Below, piece by piece: positions 23,600-36,122 of a stretch of 64,000 nt of DNA. The notes below the pieces were generated by a model. The model saw nothing but the letters and a program-made list of their open reading frames with translations, was not told where the DNA came from and searched no databases. Both the position numbers and the translations under genes were made by a program. This DNA comes from Macrostomum lignano. Lineage: Eukaryota. Position 1 is the stretch's first letter; every line of letters starts with the position of its first letter. Location: assembly GCA_002269645.1 (NCBI GenBank), contig NIVC01001111.1, positions 1 to 64,000 on the forward strand, read 5' to 3'.

Positions 23600-25450
23600 A
23601 GATGTATGTACATTGATCAATAATTATAAAGCATTTATTAGGAATGCTATTGGAGCAACAAAATGCATTGGAGTTTGAATGGCTGATGAATTGAGCTAGT
23701 ATTCTCTGGTTCTAGTATGTAAGTATCTTTTTGTCTTCCCCACAAAAGAGATTCTTTGATTATCAAAACAGTTGAAACAGTAGACAACACTCGCATACAG
23801 AGTACATGGCATATGTGACTTCAAATAGCCAATAAAATCATCAATTTTGGATGACTGAAGGACAATATAGATTTTTATATTAAGCATGTTGTTGAAAAGT
23901 TTGCTGATTTTGCTTTTAAAGATAAAAGATAGATCCCATGTTTAAGGAAGGATACCAAAGGATAGGATACTAAAAAGGAAGAACAATGATCAGTTTACTG
24001 AAATGGATGTTTTCAGCTTTAGTGGTTTGTTGTAGGTTGACTTTTTGGTAATGAATTTTTGATGTTGTAATGGATAAAAGTAAGTAGATAGCCATTTTTT
24101 GAAGATTTTGGTAAAGGTTTTGACTTCTTGGTCAAAGTTGATCTAGATATTGCAGATAGTAAAAGCTCTGTAGAAAATATTTGATCAAACTAGACTTTCA
24201 CTATCTAGCACACAATGTGTGATAGTTAAGAATAAGATTGGTAAATTTTTTTGCAAGATACTTTAATAGAGAGAGTACCATTATTGAAATCAATTTCAAT
24301 ATCAAGGAATATAAGTTTTTGGTTAGGAGTGGTCTCAAAAATAAATTTGATATTTTTATATGTCGAGTTAAAAGTATCAAAGAAATGGTCTAGTTTGTTT
24401 TTGTAATCAAGGATGGCAAAAGTGTCATGAACATAATGCCTGTAGAATTTTAGGGCACAGTCAAGGGACAACTACTCGTAGTTGTTGGTTTCCTAATGGG
24501 TCATGCAAACATCAGCAAGAATAGGGGCAAGCAGTTTTCCCATGGCACAGCATTCAATTTGCTAGTAATAATTGTTTTCAAACATGAAAATTCCCAAGGT
24601 TGCTAATTTGAAGAGTTTTTTAAGGAGGGTTTAGGTATGGACTTGATTACTAGGTTTCCTTTGTAGCTAGTTATTTACATAAAAAGTTTGAATAGCTATA
24701 AGCAAATTTCTTGCCATATTCATTGCAAGTTACTAAAACTTTGTTGTTGCTATTTTCTTGAGAAAAAACTCTTGCACAAATAAGCACTTTGGTAAAGCCA
24801 TGAATTTCAATGATTAAATTTATAAAATGTCTAGTCATATTCACTGTTAGAAGCTTATAGTATTTAATATTTAGTCCTATTCCCTTTAATAGCCTTCAAC
24901 CAATAGTCTTATATTTTTAATTCTTGTTCAATGAAATGCACTTAGACCAAATGCCAACCCTACCTTTTCAAGTTTGTGGGAATCAGTGCCACCAAATCCA
25001 TGTTCTATAAACTCTATTTTTTATATTTTTTATCTCCTAACCTAAATCCTCAAAACCTAAAGCCTCACTACTCAATCTGAGCACAATTTACTCACAAATG
25101 CTCAAGCACCCTTGCCTTTTTCTTTAAGAATTGTCACTTGTTATCCTATTCTAAATTCCCTCCCTCATTTATGAGCCACAATCCCACAGCCCTTAAAACT
25201 CTCAACTCTTCAAATGCAAACTTCTTAGTCTTTAATTCTCTAATTCCTATTAATCTCCAATTCTTTATTTTCATTTATAAGCAACAATGCTAATACTCTA
25301 ACTCAACTCTTTACTTGCTCAAATCATTGTTCCATATCAAAGCAACTAATCAAATGATCAACTTTTTATTCTGATTAGAATCAAATATTTAGTTGATTCA
25401 ATTCGATTTTAAATATTCTAAATATTTATTCTATCTCTATCTCAAGCACT
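23600..25450 (-). pseudogene. Decayed Penelope-like retroelement (RT + GIY-YIG endonuclease)
   Basis: Remnant motifs: FMFENNYY*QIECCAMGKLLAPILAD, YRHYVHDTFAIL...FNSTYKNIKF...LIFLDIEI, LNYH..KSSLIK..RAFTIC..NGY, and VYCFNC..SFVGKTKRYLHTRTREY. Multiple stops and frameshifts. Motifs are clear between about 23700 and 24850; the outer limits are approximate. Confidence 0.85.
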
Positions 25451-25839
25451 ACTCATAGTATTCCAGTATGCCCTATATAGCAATGATAAATTAATTTTAG
25501 ACTGTTCTGTTCTATTTTTTATAATATTCAAACTTTTGGAAGGCTAATAATTTGATATAAAACAAAATACTTTTATTCTAGAATTTGGATCTATAAACTT
25601 TGCTAGCAAGGGCCAGCCAGAAAATTTCTTTAAACACAAAAGTATAATTTCTTGGCTTCTTACTCCAAACTATTTTATCACTTATTTTAGCCTATTGTAG
25701 TGGTACTAGTTACAAAAAAGCGAAGAACACACACAAAAGTGGTAATTGTAGTATTTGCTATGCATAAACTTTGATTCTAGGCCACCAATGTTAGTTGGGT
25801 CATTGATGGAATATTGTGCTCTAATTAATTTTGCACATA

Positions 25840-27147
25840 CGAGGGATACTCTAAAAGTTTTGCAATTCGACTATTTAAAGTTAATTTTGCCAAACTTTTC
25901 TATTACAATCCTTCAAAGTAGGCTCCCCGGAACTGCAAACACTTGTGCGCTCGTCCGAGCCACTTGTTCATCAAGCCCTGGAAGTCTTCAATTGGGATGC
26001 CGTCAATCGCCTCCTTCGCCGCCTGCTCCAGCTCCTCGTCGGACTGAAACCTGCGCCCCCTAAGCGACTTTTTGATTTCTGGAAAGAGCCAGAAGTCGCA
26101 GGGGGCGAGGTCTGGTGAGTAGGCCGGGTGTGGTAGCGTTGAAATGCCCTCTTGGTCCAGGAACGCTCGAGTTGCAGCAGCCGTGTGGGCGGGGGCGTTG
26201 TCATGGTGAAGCTTCCGCCCTCGCATTCCCGTCCTTGGCGCCCTCTGGGTCACGCTGTCGATCACGACTGGCAAGCACTCTTCAGTGTACCATCGAGCAG
26301 TGACTGTAGCTTGACCCTCCAGCTTCACCATCGCCACCACGCCTTGTGAGTCGAAGAAGATGGCAAACATCCGCTTGCCCTGGGACCGGGACCGCCTTGC
26401 TTTCAGGGGTCGTTGACCACCTTCCGGCACCCACTCTGCACTGCTGCGCTTTGTCTCGACGTCAAAATGATACAGAAACGTCTCATCACCAGTGATGACC
26501 TCAGAGCGGCGCTGATGGCTCCCGTGCTCATATCGATCGATGAGAAACTGACAGAACTCCATGCGGGCCTGTTTTTGAGCATCTGTCAGGATGTGGGGTA
26601 TCCATCGGGCACAAAGCTTCCTGACTCTCAGGTGATCGTGTAGAATCGTATCGACCGCTGCCGATCCAATGCCGACATTCATAGCTAGCATGTCCGTGGT
26701 GATTCGCGGATCCTGATGAATCAGCTCCTGCACTGCAGCGATGTTTTCCTCCGTCACTGCTGTCGGAGGTCTCCCGGGCCGGGGGTCGTCAGAAAAGCTG
26801 GTCCTGCCGGCCTGGAACTCGCGGTACCAGCGTGTAACCGTAGCATATGACGGCGCTTGAGCCTCCAATGTTGCTAGTAGCTCGGCATGAGTCTCAAGCG
26901 CCGTGAGCTTTCGCTTGTGGCAGTACCAAATTAGTAGCCGATTCTGCTCACGATTCAATTCCATGGCTGCAGCTGTACAGTTAAGGAGTCTCTGACTTTG
27001 ACTGGGGGCTGAGCAGGCGTATATGTATGAATTCACTTGAAAATTGAGGTGGTGACTATGTACATGTTTATTGTACAGAGAGTTGGTTTTGAAGATTGTG
27101 CGACTTGCGTAAGTGGTTGAATTGCAAAACTTTTGGAGTATCCCTCG
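25840..27147 (-). mobile_element. Full-length mariner DNA transposon (1308 bp)
   Basis: 28-bp TIRs CGAGGGATACTC(T/C)AAAAGTTTTGCAATT (1 mismatch) with TA target duplication (25838-25839, 27148-27149). Confidence 0.97.
25903..26964 (-). CDS. Mariner transposase, DD34D, 353 aa, uninterrupted
   Basis: ATG at 26964 (MELNREQNRLLIWY...). HTH region, WIPHIL (WVPHEL-like), ITGDET, HHDNAPAH and YSPDLAPCDFWLF motifs, with exactly 34 residues between the 2nd and 3rd Asp. Confidence 0.95.
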   Translation of the reverse strand: MELNREQNRLLIWYCHKRKLTALETHAELLATLEAQAPSYATVTRWYREFQAGRTSFSDDPRPGRPPTAVTEENIAAVQELIHQDPRITTDMLAMNVGIGSAAVDTILHDHLRVRKLCARWIPHILTDAQKQARMEFCQFLIDRYEHGSHQRRSEVITGDETFLYHFDVETKRSSAEWVPEGGQRPLKARRSRSQGKRMFAIFFDSQGVVAMVKLEGQATVTARWYTEECLPVVIDSVTQRAPRTGMRGRKLHHDNAPAHTAAATRAFLDQEGISTLPHPAYSPDLAPCDFWLFPEIKKSLRGRRFQSDEELEQAAKEAIDGIPIEDFQGLMNKWLGRAHKCLQFRGAYFEGL

Positions 27148-27330
27148 TATAGTTAAACTAGTTGACAATTGTATTCTTGTCAGTACAAGTCTCAAGAGTG
27201 GTATATTTTGATATTGTGCATATGACAGTAAAATGTGGTGCCTTGGGCTATCCTGCCATAATGAGCTAGGAAATCACCCAGTCACAACAATTAGAACTTG
27301 TTTGCAATCACACATTATTGCTGTCTACTA

Positions 27331-27681
27331 TCAGGCATTACTAATGCCATTGACATCATTGTCTTCATCCTCTACTATGGCCACATGCAGTCGGACTCGA
27401 TTTCTCACTGCTGCTCGCCAAGTGCAGGTTAAGCCAATGAACAAGCCCAAGCTGCAGGCTCCGATAGTTGTGTATCCAATTAGGCGGAAATAGTACACAA
27501 ACTGGCGCGCCTCCGGTCCCATGTAGGGCGACTTGACAGTCAGCGCTATGGCTGTCATACCAGCTGCTGTGGCTGCCAGAACCAAACAGCTTAGCACTAT
27601 GAGAGTCTGACAAGCGCAATAAAGGCGTCTGTCGCATTTGTTGAAGCTTTGCCGACTTGTTTGAGGTAGAAATAGTACCAT
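27331..27681 (-). CDS. Hypothetical small membrane protein, 116 aa, two predicted TM helices
   Basis: ATG-initiated ORF, GC-richer than its flanks. Hydrophobic stretches TLIVLSCLVLAATAAGMTAIAL and LIGYTTIGACSLGLFIGLTCTW, and an acidic tail. No family recognised. Confidence 0.5.
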   Translation of the reverse strand: MVLFLPQTSRQSFNKCDRRLYCACQTLIVLSCLVLAATAAGMTAIALTVKSPYMGPEARQFVYYFRLIGYTTIGACSLGLFIGLTCTWRAAVRNRVRLHVAIVEDEDNDVNGISNA

Positions 27682-29876
27682 TGCTGCTCTTTAAGGTGGA
27701 GTATTGCTGAAACTGATAGTTCGATTAATCCAGATGATAATTTCTCTAGATTTTATTTACTCTCGGCTTTTCTATGATTGGCTGTACTAATCTATTTGCT
27801 CATATCTCTTGAGACTCGTCATTGTAATGGGATAACTGTCCCTTTGAACACTGCGAGTAAGAACTGTCCATCGGATTAGTCTAGAAGAATAGATATTAGA
27901 TTTCAGCCGATTAATCATATTGACTGAATGCATGCATGCCATATCAGTCAGATACTTACAGATCCGATGTCAAAAGAGCTGTCAATGAAAGCTCTTTGTG
28001 CTTCAGCATTCAGCATAATGTTATAGCCGATCCAATAACCCTTTTTTGTAACCTGATGTTAATTCTTTCTAGTCTACTTGTTCTTGTAAGTAGAGCAGTT
28101 CGAGCATGATAGACTTTTTAATGATGCAATATACCGAAGCTTTTCTAATATGATATTGTGGTCTTCTAGAGAAGAATTTGATTGCTTTCGCCCGACAGAA
28201 TGCCTTAATGAATCGCTGGATGCTGTAGTCGAACTAATAACTAAGCCGCTATTCATCAAATAGGATGCCCCGCGGAGCGCGATAGATGACCTGGCCCTGG
28301 CCGCCGCCTTTGTTGCTGGACCGGCTTTTGCTTAAGAGACTGAAAGCCGCCATTTGGATGGTTGAGTCTCTCTGGAAACTTTCCAGTAGGTAATGGGCGA
28401 GATTACGAGGGAAATTCCGAACCCTGGGAGACACGGGGCCTGAGATTAGACGATAGTCTTCTGATTAATCCTCTTCCCAGACGTGTATTCTACTGGCTTG
28501 CTGTTGGCGGCCGGGCATTAATCTCAGTGCGCGTGCACTATACTACTCAATTCTCTTCTCCCGCAGTGTTGCTGCGCACTCCTTTTTTTAGATATTTTAG
28601 GCGTCCACCGCATGGCTAGTGCGACAGAAGTAATGCAAATTATTGCGCGTTTTTTGTCTTATATATATAAGATTTTTTCAGCTCCCTGTCTGTGTCTGCT
28701 CCTCATCACAGACTGTAGCTTTACAGCTTATTTCCCTTTAATTTGATATTTTAGCTTTGCGCAGAAGCGTAATAGCAGGACTCTCTGAACTTTTTTTGGC
28801 TATTTAGAATGTGTGTTGGTTTCCTTTAATCTAACAGCTTCTAGCCGTATGGTTTTGAAATTACTCACTTTCTAAGAATATTGTGTGTAAGGGCGCATGT
28901 TTTTCATTATTTATGGGCAATGTCTGCGGCAAGGATTCTTCTCTTACTAATAGAATATAATTAGCGTCTTTTAAAGACAGAAAATTAATCCCTCATTAGG
29001 CTGTCCCGTGTCTTTTAATTCTTTTCCTTTGCGGCTTTCTCTATCCTGCGTCCTGCCACGCCCCAGGGGGAGTGGGGGTGATACAGCTGAGCCACATGCA
29101 CTTAGCTGCTCAAAAAATGCTGCTGCTGTTGCTGTCTCACAACAGCTCACTTACCGGTACTAGCGTGGCTCTCTCTATAGTTCAGTGTGCATTGAGCGTG
29201 CGTGACTCTGACTCACGCAGGGGCTCAACTCTCCGATCCAATCAGAGATAGGGGAGAGGAGACGGTGACGGCAGCAAGTCAGCTGTTCTCAGCGCGCTTC
29301 CCCTATAACTATATATGAATCTCCCGCCTCTTCATAGTCACTTTAAAAAGTGTAGTCACTTTTCAGTGTATTCTTTCCCTTCCCTTTCATTTTCCAATTT
29401 AGAATATACAATCTAGCCAAATAGCTTAGCTAATCCTGCTCAATACAGCTCTCTCAGCTCCATTGGAGGCTACTATATAAGTTGGCACTACTGAAGGTAA
29501 GATCGAGGGAAGCAACATTTTTCATTTTATTCACGTTGATTCACTGTTTGACTGTAGCAGGGAAGTACGTGACTTTCTTTTCAATTGATCCCGTTGTAAA
29601 ACTATGCGTGCGAAAGAGCCTCGGACATTTTCTAGGCACCGCAACACGTGCCTGGTGCTTATTTTCCTGAATTTGCGCTTTCTTCACCTGGGGGTATTTT
29701 TATCGAAATAAAACGCTTTAAAATGATTGTAAGCTATAGAGATACATTTTCCTTTGCAGCCCCTTTAAATAAAAAAACTACAAACCAATGCAGCAACTTT
29801 CCAACATTTAGTAAGCCCAAGTTCAGCTAAACAAGACGCTATCGTTTTTGTCGTCTTGGTTTGCCACTCGATTTAG

Positions 29877-30245
29877 TTCCTCTCCCAGATGTTGATTGTC
29901 CATAAGATTCACCAATGAGTTCCTCTCCCAGATGTTGATTGTCCATAAGATTTACCAATGAGTTCCTCTCCCAGATGTTGATTGTCCATAAGATTCGCCA
30001 ATGAGTTCCTCTCCCAGTTGTTGATTGTCCATAAGATTCACCAATGAGTTCCTCTCCCAGATGTTTATTGTCCATAAGATTCGCCAATGAGTTCCTCTCC
30101 CAGATGTTGATTGTCCATAAGATTCACCAATGAGTTCCTCTCCCAGATGTTGATTGTCCATAAGATTCGCCAATGAGTTCCTCTCCCAGATGTTGATTGT
30201 CCATAAGATTCACCAATGAGTTCCTCTCCCAGATGTTTATTGTCA
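29877..30245. repeat. Minisatellite, 43-bp unit, about 8.5 copies
   Basis: Unit CCAGATGTTGATTGTCCATAAGATTCACCAATGAGTTCCTCTC. Confidence 0.95.
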
Positions 30246-32534
30246 ATAACTCGCCTTGGTCAATTTTTCCTAAGATTTAGTATCTAGGGCCTTCGACCAG
30301 TGACCTGCATTGAGTGCATCTCTTATAGGTCTTCTTGACCTCTTCTTGAACTTCAGTGTTCTCGCCGCCCACGCGTCACATGACTTGTCCGCCGAGGTCC
30401 ATAACTAGCGTTGCTTTCTACCAATAATTCGGTTAGTGAAATCCTCAGAGTACTGAGCGTGTCTCCGCATTCGGTTTGCTGCATAGTTGACTGGCTTTAA
30501 TCCAGTATTTTTCTTTTGCGGTTCTTGCTTTCTCTTCTTTTGATGATAAATTGCTCTTGCTCACTTGATTGAAGAGTGGTCGATGGGCATGGCTAGATCT
30601 CCCATTTAGTTCGGCTTGGCTTCCAAGTGCTTTTTGGGGAAAAATTTGGACGAGTGCAAACTGAGCGCTGTTTTCCCCTTTGCAATGAACTTTTCAACAC
30701 CAATTTCCGTTTTTGGCACTTCTCGGTGCAGTATAGTCAGTCCTATTTATGATTATTAGCTCGATTTGCGCTTAAGCTGCACTTCTCGTGTAAATCCATC
30801 CAACTGGCATGCTTTCCAGTCGAAACCGGAAAGTCATCTATACTGTCGTGATCTATCCTCTCATACCATATCTTGGCTTGCAAATGATTGCAGTAATGCA
30901 GGGAGTGCGCAGTGCAGTTTATAGAAACTGAACCCGTAAATTCCGCCATGCATGCACGCACATCAGCAAATGGCGTTCCATTGCGTATATTTCTCTGTAC
31001 TAGAATGTATGGATATATTATGCTCTACTCTATTTTTCACCACCTATCACGCCCATTTCTGTTTATTTTCATTTCCAAGTAGAAGTGCTTGATTTTGTCG
31101 ACGAATATGGAAATTTCTGCGCGGGGGCTTGCTTTGATATGGTATAGATAGCGAAGCAAAATAGTACTGTTTTTTAAATGCACCGCTTTAACTGAGCTTC
31201 ATATTTAATTGTTCTCATTTTCGGCCGTCTTCGTGCTCTCAGTAGATCAGAAATTTTCTATCTTAATCCACCCTCCCGCTCATTCTTACACTTGCACTTG
31301 AGTACAGTGGCATGAAAGAATAATGTGTTAAAGAAAGACAGGTCTATAGGCTGCCTCATAGTTTGTATACAACACAATAGTGTTCGTAAAAATGGAAAGA
31401 GAAGCAGGCTTATAATTTTACTTCGTAGCTTGTATAATCTTTAGAGTTCTGCCGAATTTTTCGTCATTGGCTAAGTCGCTATCAGCATGTCTCCTTCCTG
31501 ACCCCTCGGATAGACAGACAGAAAATGAAAGAATATTTAAAGCTAAGAGCTGAGCGAACCCAGCTGCAGTAGGCAGCCAACCCCCTCTTCACCGACTTGC
31601 CTCTGTTATATAAAGTGCCTGTCTGCTTGCCAATATTGGGTAGCTCTCTACAACGGCGAAGATAAACAGTGATTTGGTTACGCCTCAGACTGAGTTTTTT
31701 AATATTACATTTCGATTCAGAATACACTTCTATTGGCATTAGAGTCTGGAATTAGTCTTGGTGCTGACGTTAGAAATCTTCGTAAGTTAATTTATATTAC
31801 GAGCTATTGCAAGTTCTTTTAAATGTTACGGCGCAGTTAATTTTCAAGTAAAAATATTGCCTAATATTGTGCAGTTTCTGCATTGCGCATTGGGTTATCA
31901 TTTTTGTGTTTTAACCTATGCCGTTATTGAATCCGAAAAAGGAGCCGAAAATTCCCCAATTGAGAGCTCAGGTGGCGATATACGGTTGTACCAATTTGGT
32001 AACAATTTGTTAAAAGCGGCGGAAATATATCAGTTAACCCACCCCCTCCCCGGCCAGGCACGTGATAAAATGTGTTCAGTTGTGGCCCCAATCCGTTCGA
32101 GCATCTTGTCTTGCCAAAGGCCTACTAGCTTAAAGATAAATCGTAACCTCGACAGTTGCTAGTAGCAGGGTTTAAACTGTAGCCACCTATTTGTCGCTCT
32201 ATCTCTAGCCAGATACATATGTTATATAGTTTCTGCGAGTTTCTGCGCAGTCAGCTTTTCTCTAGGTGCCGCAGGCAGTGCTTATGCAGTGCGAATCTGT
32301 GCTAGTGCAATAATATGCAAGACTCTATAGGCATTGAATCTGTCTGTTTGTATCTGTCCTATCCCATGGGTGGGCTAGTTGTTATAACTTCCTGTTGTTT
32401 TTGCTTGTTGTCATGGCAACTAAGCCGGTTAAATTGGTAAATCATCGCTAGCTCTCTTAGCGCATCGAATGTGCATCTTGCTCCACTGTAGCGGTTGGAT
32501 CCAGGCATGGTTGCGGCTAGGGGCTATGGAATGT

Positions 32535-32765
32535 CTGTGAGTTGGCGCGACTTAGACATTGTCTGCCTGTCGGTGAGTCGGCGCCGCTTAAACATTGTCT
32601 GCCTGTCTGTGAGTTGGCGCCGCTTAGACATTGTCTGCCTGTCTGTGAGTTGGCACCGCTTGGACATTGTCTGCCGGTCTGTCAGTTGGCGCCGCTTAGA
32701 CATTGTCTGCCTGTCTGTGAGTTGGCGCCGCTTAGACATTGTCTGCCTGTCTGTGAGTTGGCGCC
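32535..32765. repeat. Minisatellite, 36-bp unit, about 6.5 copies
   Basis: Unit TGTGAGTTGGCGCCGCTTAGACATTGTCTGCCTGTC. Confidence 0.93.
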
Positions 32766-32920
32766 ATCCCCTGAAGCAAAGTTGAATAAATTCGCGAGTG
32801 TCCTTAAATATATTTTTTGGCTATTTGTTTGTTTTTAATTTTGCTTTTGCATCAAACTGTTTGTTAAAAACTCTTAGTAAGCAATAATACTATATAATCA
32901 TTTCAGCCAATTCGCTCAAC

Positions 32921-33775
32921 ATGGGCCAGGCGGCCACCAAACAGGAGGCATTCTGGGAGTGCTGCAGCTACGGTCGCGAATGGAAAGTTCGCCAATTATT
33001 AGAATCTGGCGGCATCGACGTCAACTGGGTGAGCCACGTGCACCAGTCCTGCCCCATCCACGTGGCCAGCCAGGGCAAGCCGGAGATTGTCCGCCTGCTG
33101 CTGTCAGCCGGCTGCCAGGTCGACGCTCGCGACAGCAAGCAGCACACTGCGCTGCACCATTCCGCTATGACTGGCCAAGATGAAATTGTTCAAATGCTAT
33201 TGAAAGCCGGCGCCGATCCCAGCGCTGTAGACGAGAGAGGCTGGTCGGCCCTCATCATGGCCTGCTATTTCTGCCAGCCGGCCGTTGTGCGCTGCCTGCT
33301 GGACGCCAGGTGCGACTTCCTGCACCGGAATAACGACGGCCGCAACTGCCTGCACGAGCTGTGCCGGGCGGCGCCAAAGAGTCAAATCTGTCAGAACGGC
33401 AAGCGGGTTAGCACGGCCTGTCTGGACCAGGCCAACTCGCCTGTGTACGCCGCTGTCATGGCCGAGCTGCAGGCTGCCGCCGCCGCCTCTGGTAACGGCG
33501 ATTCCGCTGGCAATGGCGACGGCGAGGACGCGTTGGCCGCCGTCGCTGCTGCCGCTGCCGCCGCCGCCGCGCGCAACCAGCAGCAGCAGAAGCAATCCGC
33601 TGTTGACGCAGAGGGCGACACTGCCACCCACAGTGTTTCTTCGGCACCGATCGCGCCGCCGACTTCTAATGGACCGGCGGCCCTGCCGTTGGACAGGTAA
33701 ATTGGAGAGGGGTTGAGTGTTTAGCTACTCTAGCTGTCTGTCTTGTTGTCTTCATCTGTCTGTCTGTCTGTCTTG

Positions 33776-33820
<45 letters not shown>

Positions 33821-33824
33821 AGAG

Positions 33825-33873
<49 letters not shown>

Positions 33874-33909
33874 GTCTGTCTCTCTGTCTGTCTGTCTGTC
33901 TCTCTGTCC

Positions 33910-33945
<36 letters not shown>

Positions 33946-33999
33946 TGTTGTCTGTCTGTCTGTCTGTCGTCTGTCTGTCTGTCTGTCTGTCTGTCTTAG

Positions 34000-34068
<69 letters not shown>

Positions 34069-34077
34069 GTCTGTCTC

Positions 34078-34148
<71 letters not shown>

Positions 34149-35137
34149 GAGTGTCTGTCTGCCAGTCCCAGTCGGCCAGCTAACGGCACCGCCACCTCCC
34201 CGCCAGGTCACGCTTCGATCGCACCCTAGTGGACATAGCCGAGTGCCTGCTCAGCCGCTGTCCCGGCCTAAGCGTCGATGATCGATCCCAGCCGCCGAGA
34301 TCGGGCGCTCGCGGCGAGGCCGACTTCACTCCGCTGATGTTCGCCATCTACCACGGCCACCTGCCGCTGGCCAAGTGCCTGCTGGACCACGGAGCCGATG
34401 TTGGCGCCGCTGACATGTCGGGCTGGACGGCGCTTCACTGGGCCGTGAATCGGGAAGCGAAGGCGGCTGTGGAACTGCTGATTAGCTACGGGGCCAATCC
34501 GGAGAGGAAGTCCATGGTGCGTGAGAATCTGCTTTTAGCTGCAATATTCCGCTTCTATTCGTTTTTCTGGTCCCAATCTTTGTAACGTGCTTTCCATTTG
34601 AGATGTTCGGCTTCTGATTGGAGTATTGGAGTTTTGTGATTTTATATTATGGATGCTCTTTTTTAATTGGGATGTTCTGATTTAACAGGTATTCTGCTTT
34701 TCATAGGAATTTTCTGCTTTTACCTGAGGTGTTCTGCTTTTACTTGAGGTGTTCTGCTGTTACCTAAGGTGTTCTGCTCTTAATGGGGGTGTTTGCTTGT
34801 AATTATGGGGTTATGCCTTTAATTGGGGTGATTTGAAAAGTTTATCCCAAGAGATTTATTTTGTTAAACAAGTAATTTCCTGTTTATTTTGTTTAACTGA
34901 CAATCCTCTTCCCCTTTCTGTCAGCGCGGCGAGACGCCACTGGACCTGGCCGGTGAAGACCCGGAGATGAGGCAGATGCTGGCCCCGGCCTATCCGGAGA
35001 TCGTCACCAACGGCTACGTTACCACGGACGACGAGGGCGACGGCGAGTCAGTTGACGGATTCGAAACTCGCCAAGGCCATCAGCATCAGCAGCTGGCTAA
35101 CGGCTTTACCCATGCTAATAATGGTCGGGACATTTGA
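32921..35137 (+). CDS. Ankyrin-repeat protein with N-myristoylation motif, about 432 aa. Exons 32921-33696, 34207-34516, 34925-35137
   Basis: MGQAATK start. Ankyrin repeats CPIHVASQGKPEIVRLLL, TALHHSAMTGQDEIVQMLL, SALIMAC, NCLHELC, TPLMFAIYHGHLPLAKCLL, TALHWAV and TPLDLA. Junctions are phase-compatible (2, 0); the acceptor at 34206 is the only nearby AG that keeps the frame. Confidence 0.88.
33735..34160. repeat. (GTCT)n microsatellite filling ankyrin gene intron 1
   Basis: Direct read. Confidence 0.97.
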
Positions 35138-35813
35138 CATTTCATCTACTCCAAGTAGCTTGTCCGCGCAAATCATTGCAGTCTTGGTTGCTTTCTTTAT
35201 ATGCAGGATAAATTTTAAAAAATAACGGTATACTTTCTTTGTTAATTTAGTGTGTCGTTTCGCTTGTTTTGCGTCGATAGCAACTAGCTGCTTAGATGAA
35301 CGTCTGTGAAGCGCAAAGATGGAATGTTGGATTTTTTAAGAAACTTGTCCATCTGGATGCTTTTAGTTAGTAAATTAACTGTTATTACAACAGATACTAC
35401 CAGCTCCCAAGCCTATATAGTCTATTGCTATCGGTGTAACATTCTCCTTGTAAAAAATCCCCTGTAAACCCGGCTTCTGTCTGTCAACAGGAGAGAAAAC
35501 GAATCGATTTGGAATTCTACGAGTATTGAACAGCTTTGTGCGTTGCAAAGTTTTAAATCTTGCTGAGCTTCAGTATATAATCTATATTTTTGCTGGCCTT
35601 TCCCTAGCAGTCTATCAGTTACAGTCAGTAAATAAAAAAGTCGATTTTATGCCGCTACACTGAGAATGCTTTAATGCTATTCGTCGGATTTTAATTGATG
35701 CTTTGTCTCTCGCCTTTGACTAGCAAAATTTTAAAGAGTTAAACTACAAATCATAGGAGTTCATATTTATATTAGTTCATATTAGCTAGTATAATGCATC
35801 TGTAATATATAAT

Positions 35814-36122
35814 GGGGCCGTAGCCCAGTAGTCTAGCGCGGCGCTCTGATGTGCCAGCGGCCCAGGCTCGATTCCAAGTGCAGTCGTTGCTCGTGCAATT
35901 AACGCCGCCCCTGAGGGCCGACCCCCAAAGCACAGTGAAGTGTACATGCCTAACGGTAAATAAAGTCAGGGCCGCTGTACACTCCTGTGTGAGTGTGTGC
36001 CTGTGCGTATGACTGCGTACGTATCCGCACGCTTGTGTGCCTGCTCAGGGGAGTCGGCGGAATGGGCAGTAATGCCTCTCACCGGTTGTGTGACAATGGG
36101 TGCACACAACCTGTAATAAAAA
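35814..36122 (+). mobile_element. tRNA-derived SINE (about 310 bp)
   Basis: Head GGGGCCGTAGCCCAGTAG (A box) and GGCTCGATTCC (B box), central domain shared with other copies in the window, A-rich tail. Near-TSD ATCTGTAATAT at 35798-35808 and 36123-36133. Confidence 0.8.

Noticed and set aside
26965-27195. 430-aa version of the mariner ORF
   Set aside because: The extension uses a non-ATG start and runs past the TIR into host DNA. The real start is the ATG at 26964.
31482-31739. LRR-like motif IKKLSLRRNQIT
   Set aside because: It is a single isolated match with no further repeats or splice context, and is likely chance.
33717-34229. Long ORFs over repeats (33717-34229, 37668-38275, 39048-40109, 40200-41493, 49074-50222, 50808-52134, 55831-56814, 58856-59501)
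   Set aside because: They are translations of micro- or minisatellites lacking stop codons, and most lie in introns defined by phase-compatible splice sites.
35814-35890. tRNA genes at 35814 and 50353
   Set aside because: A/B boxes are present, but the cloverleaves are imperfect and continue into shared SINE body sequence.
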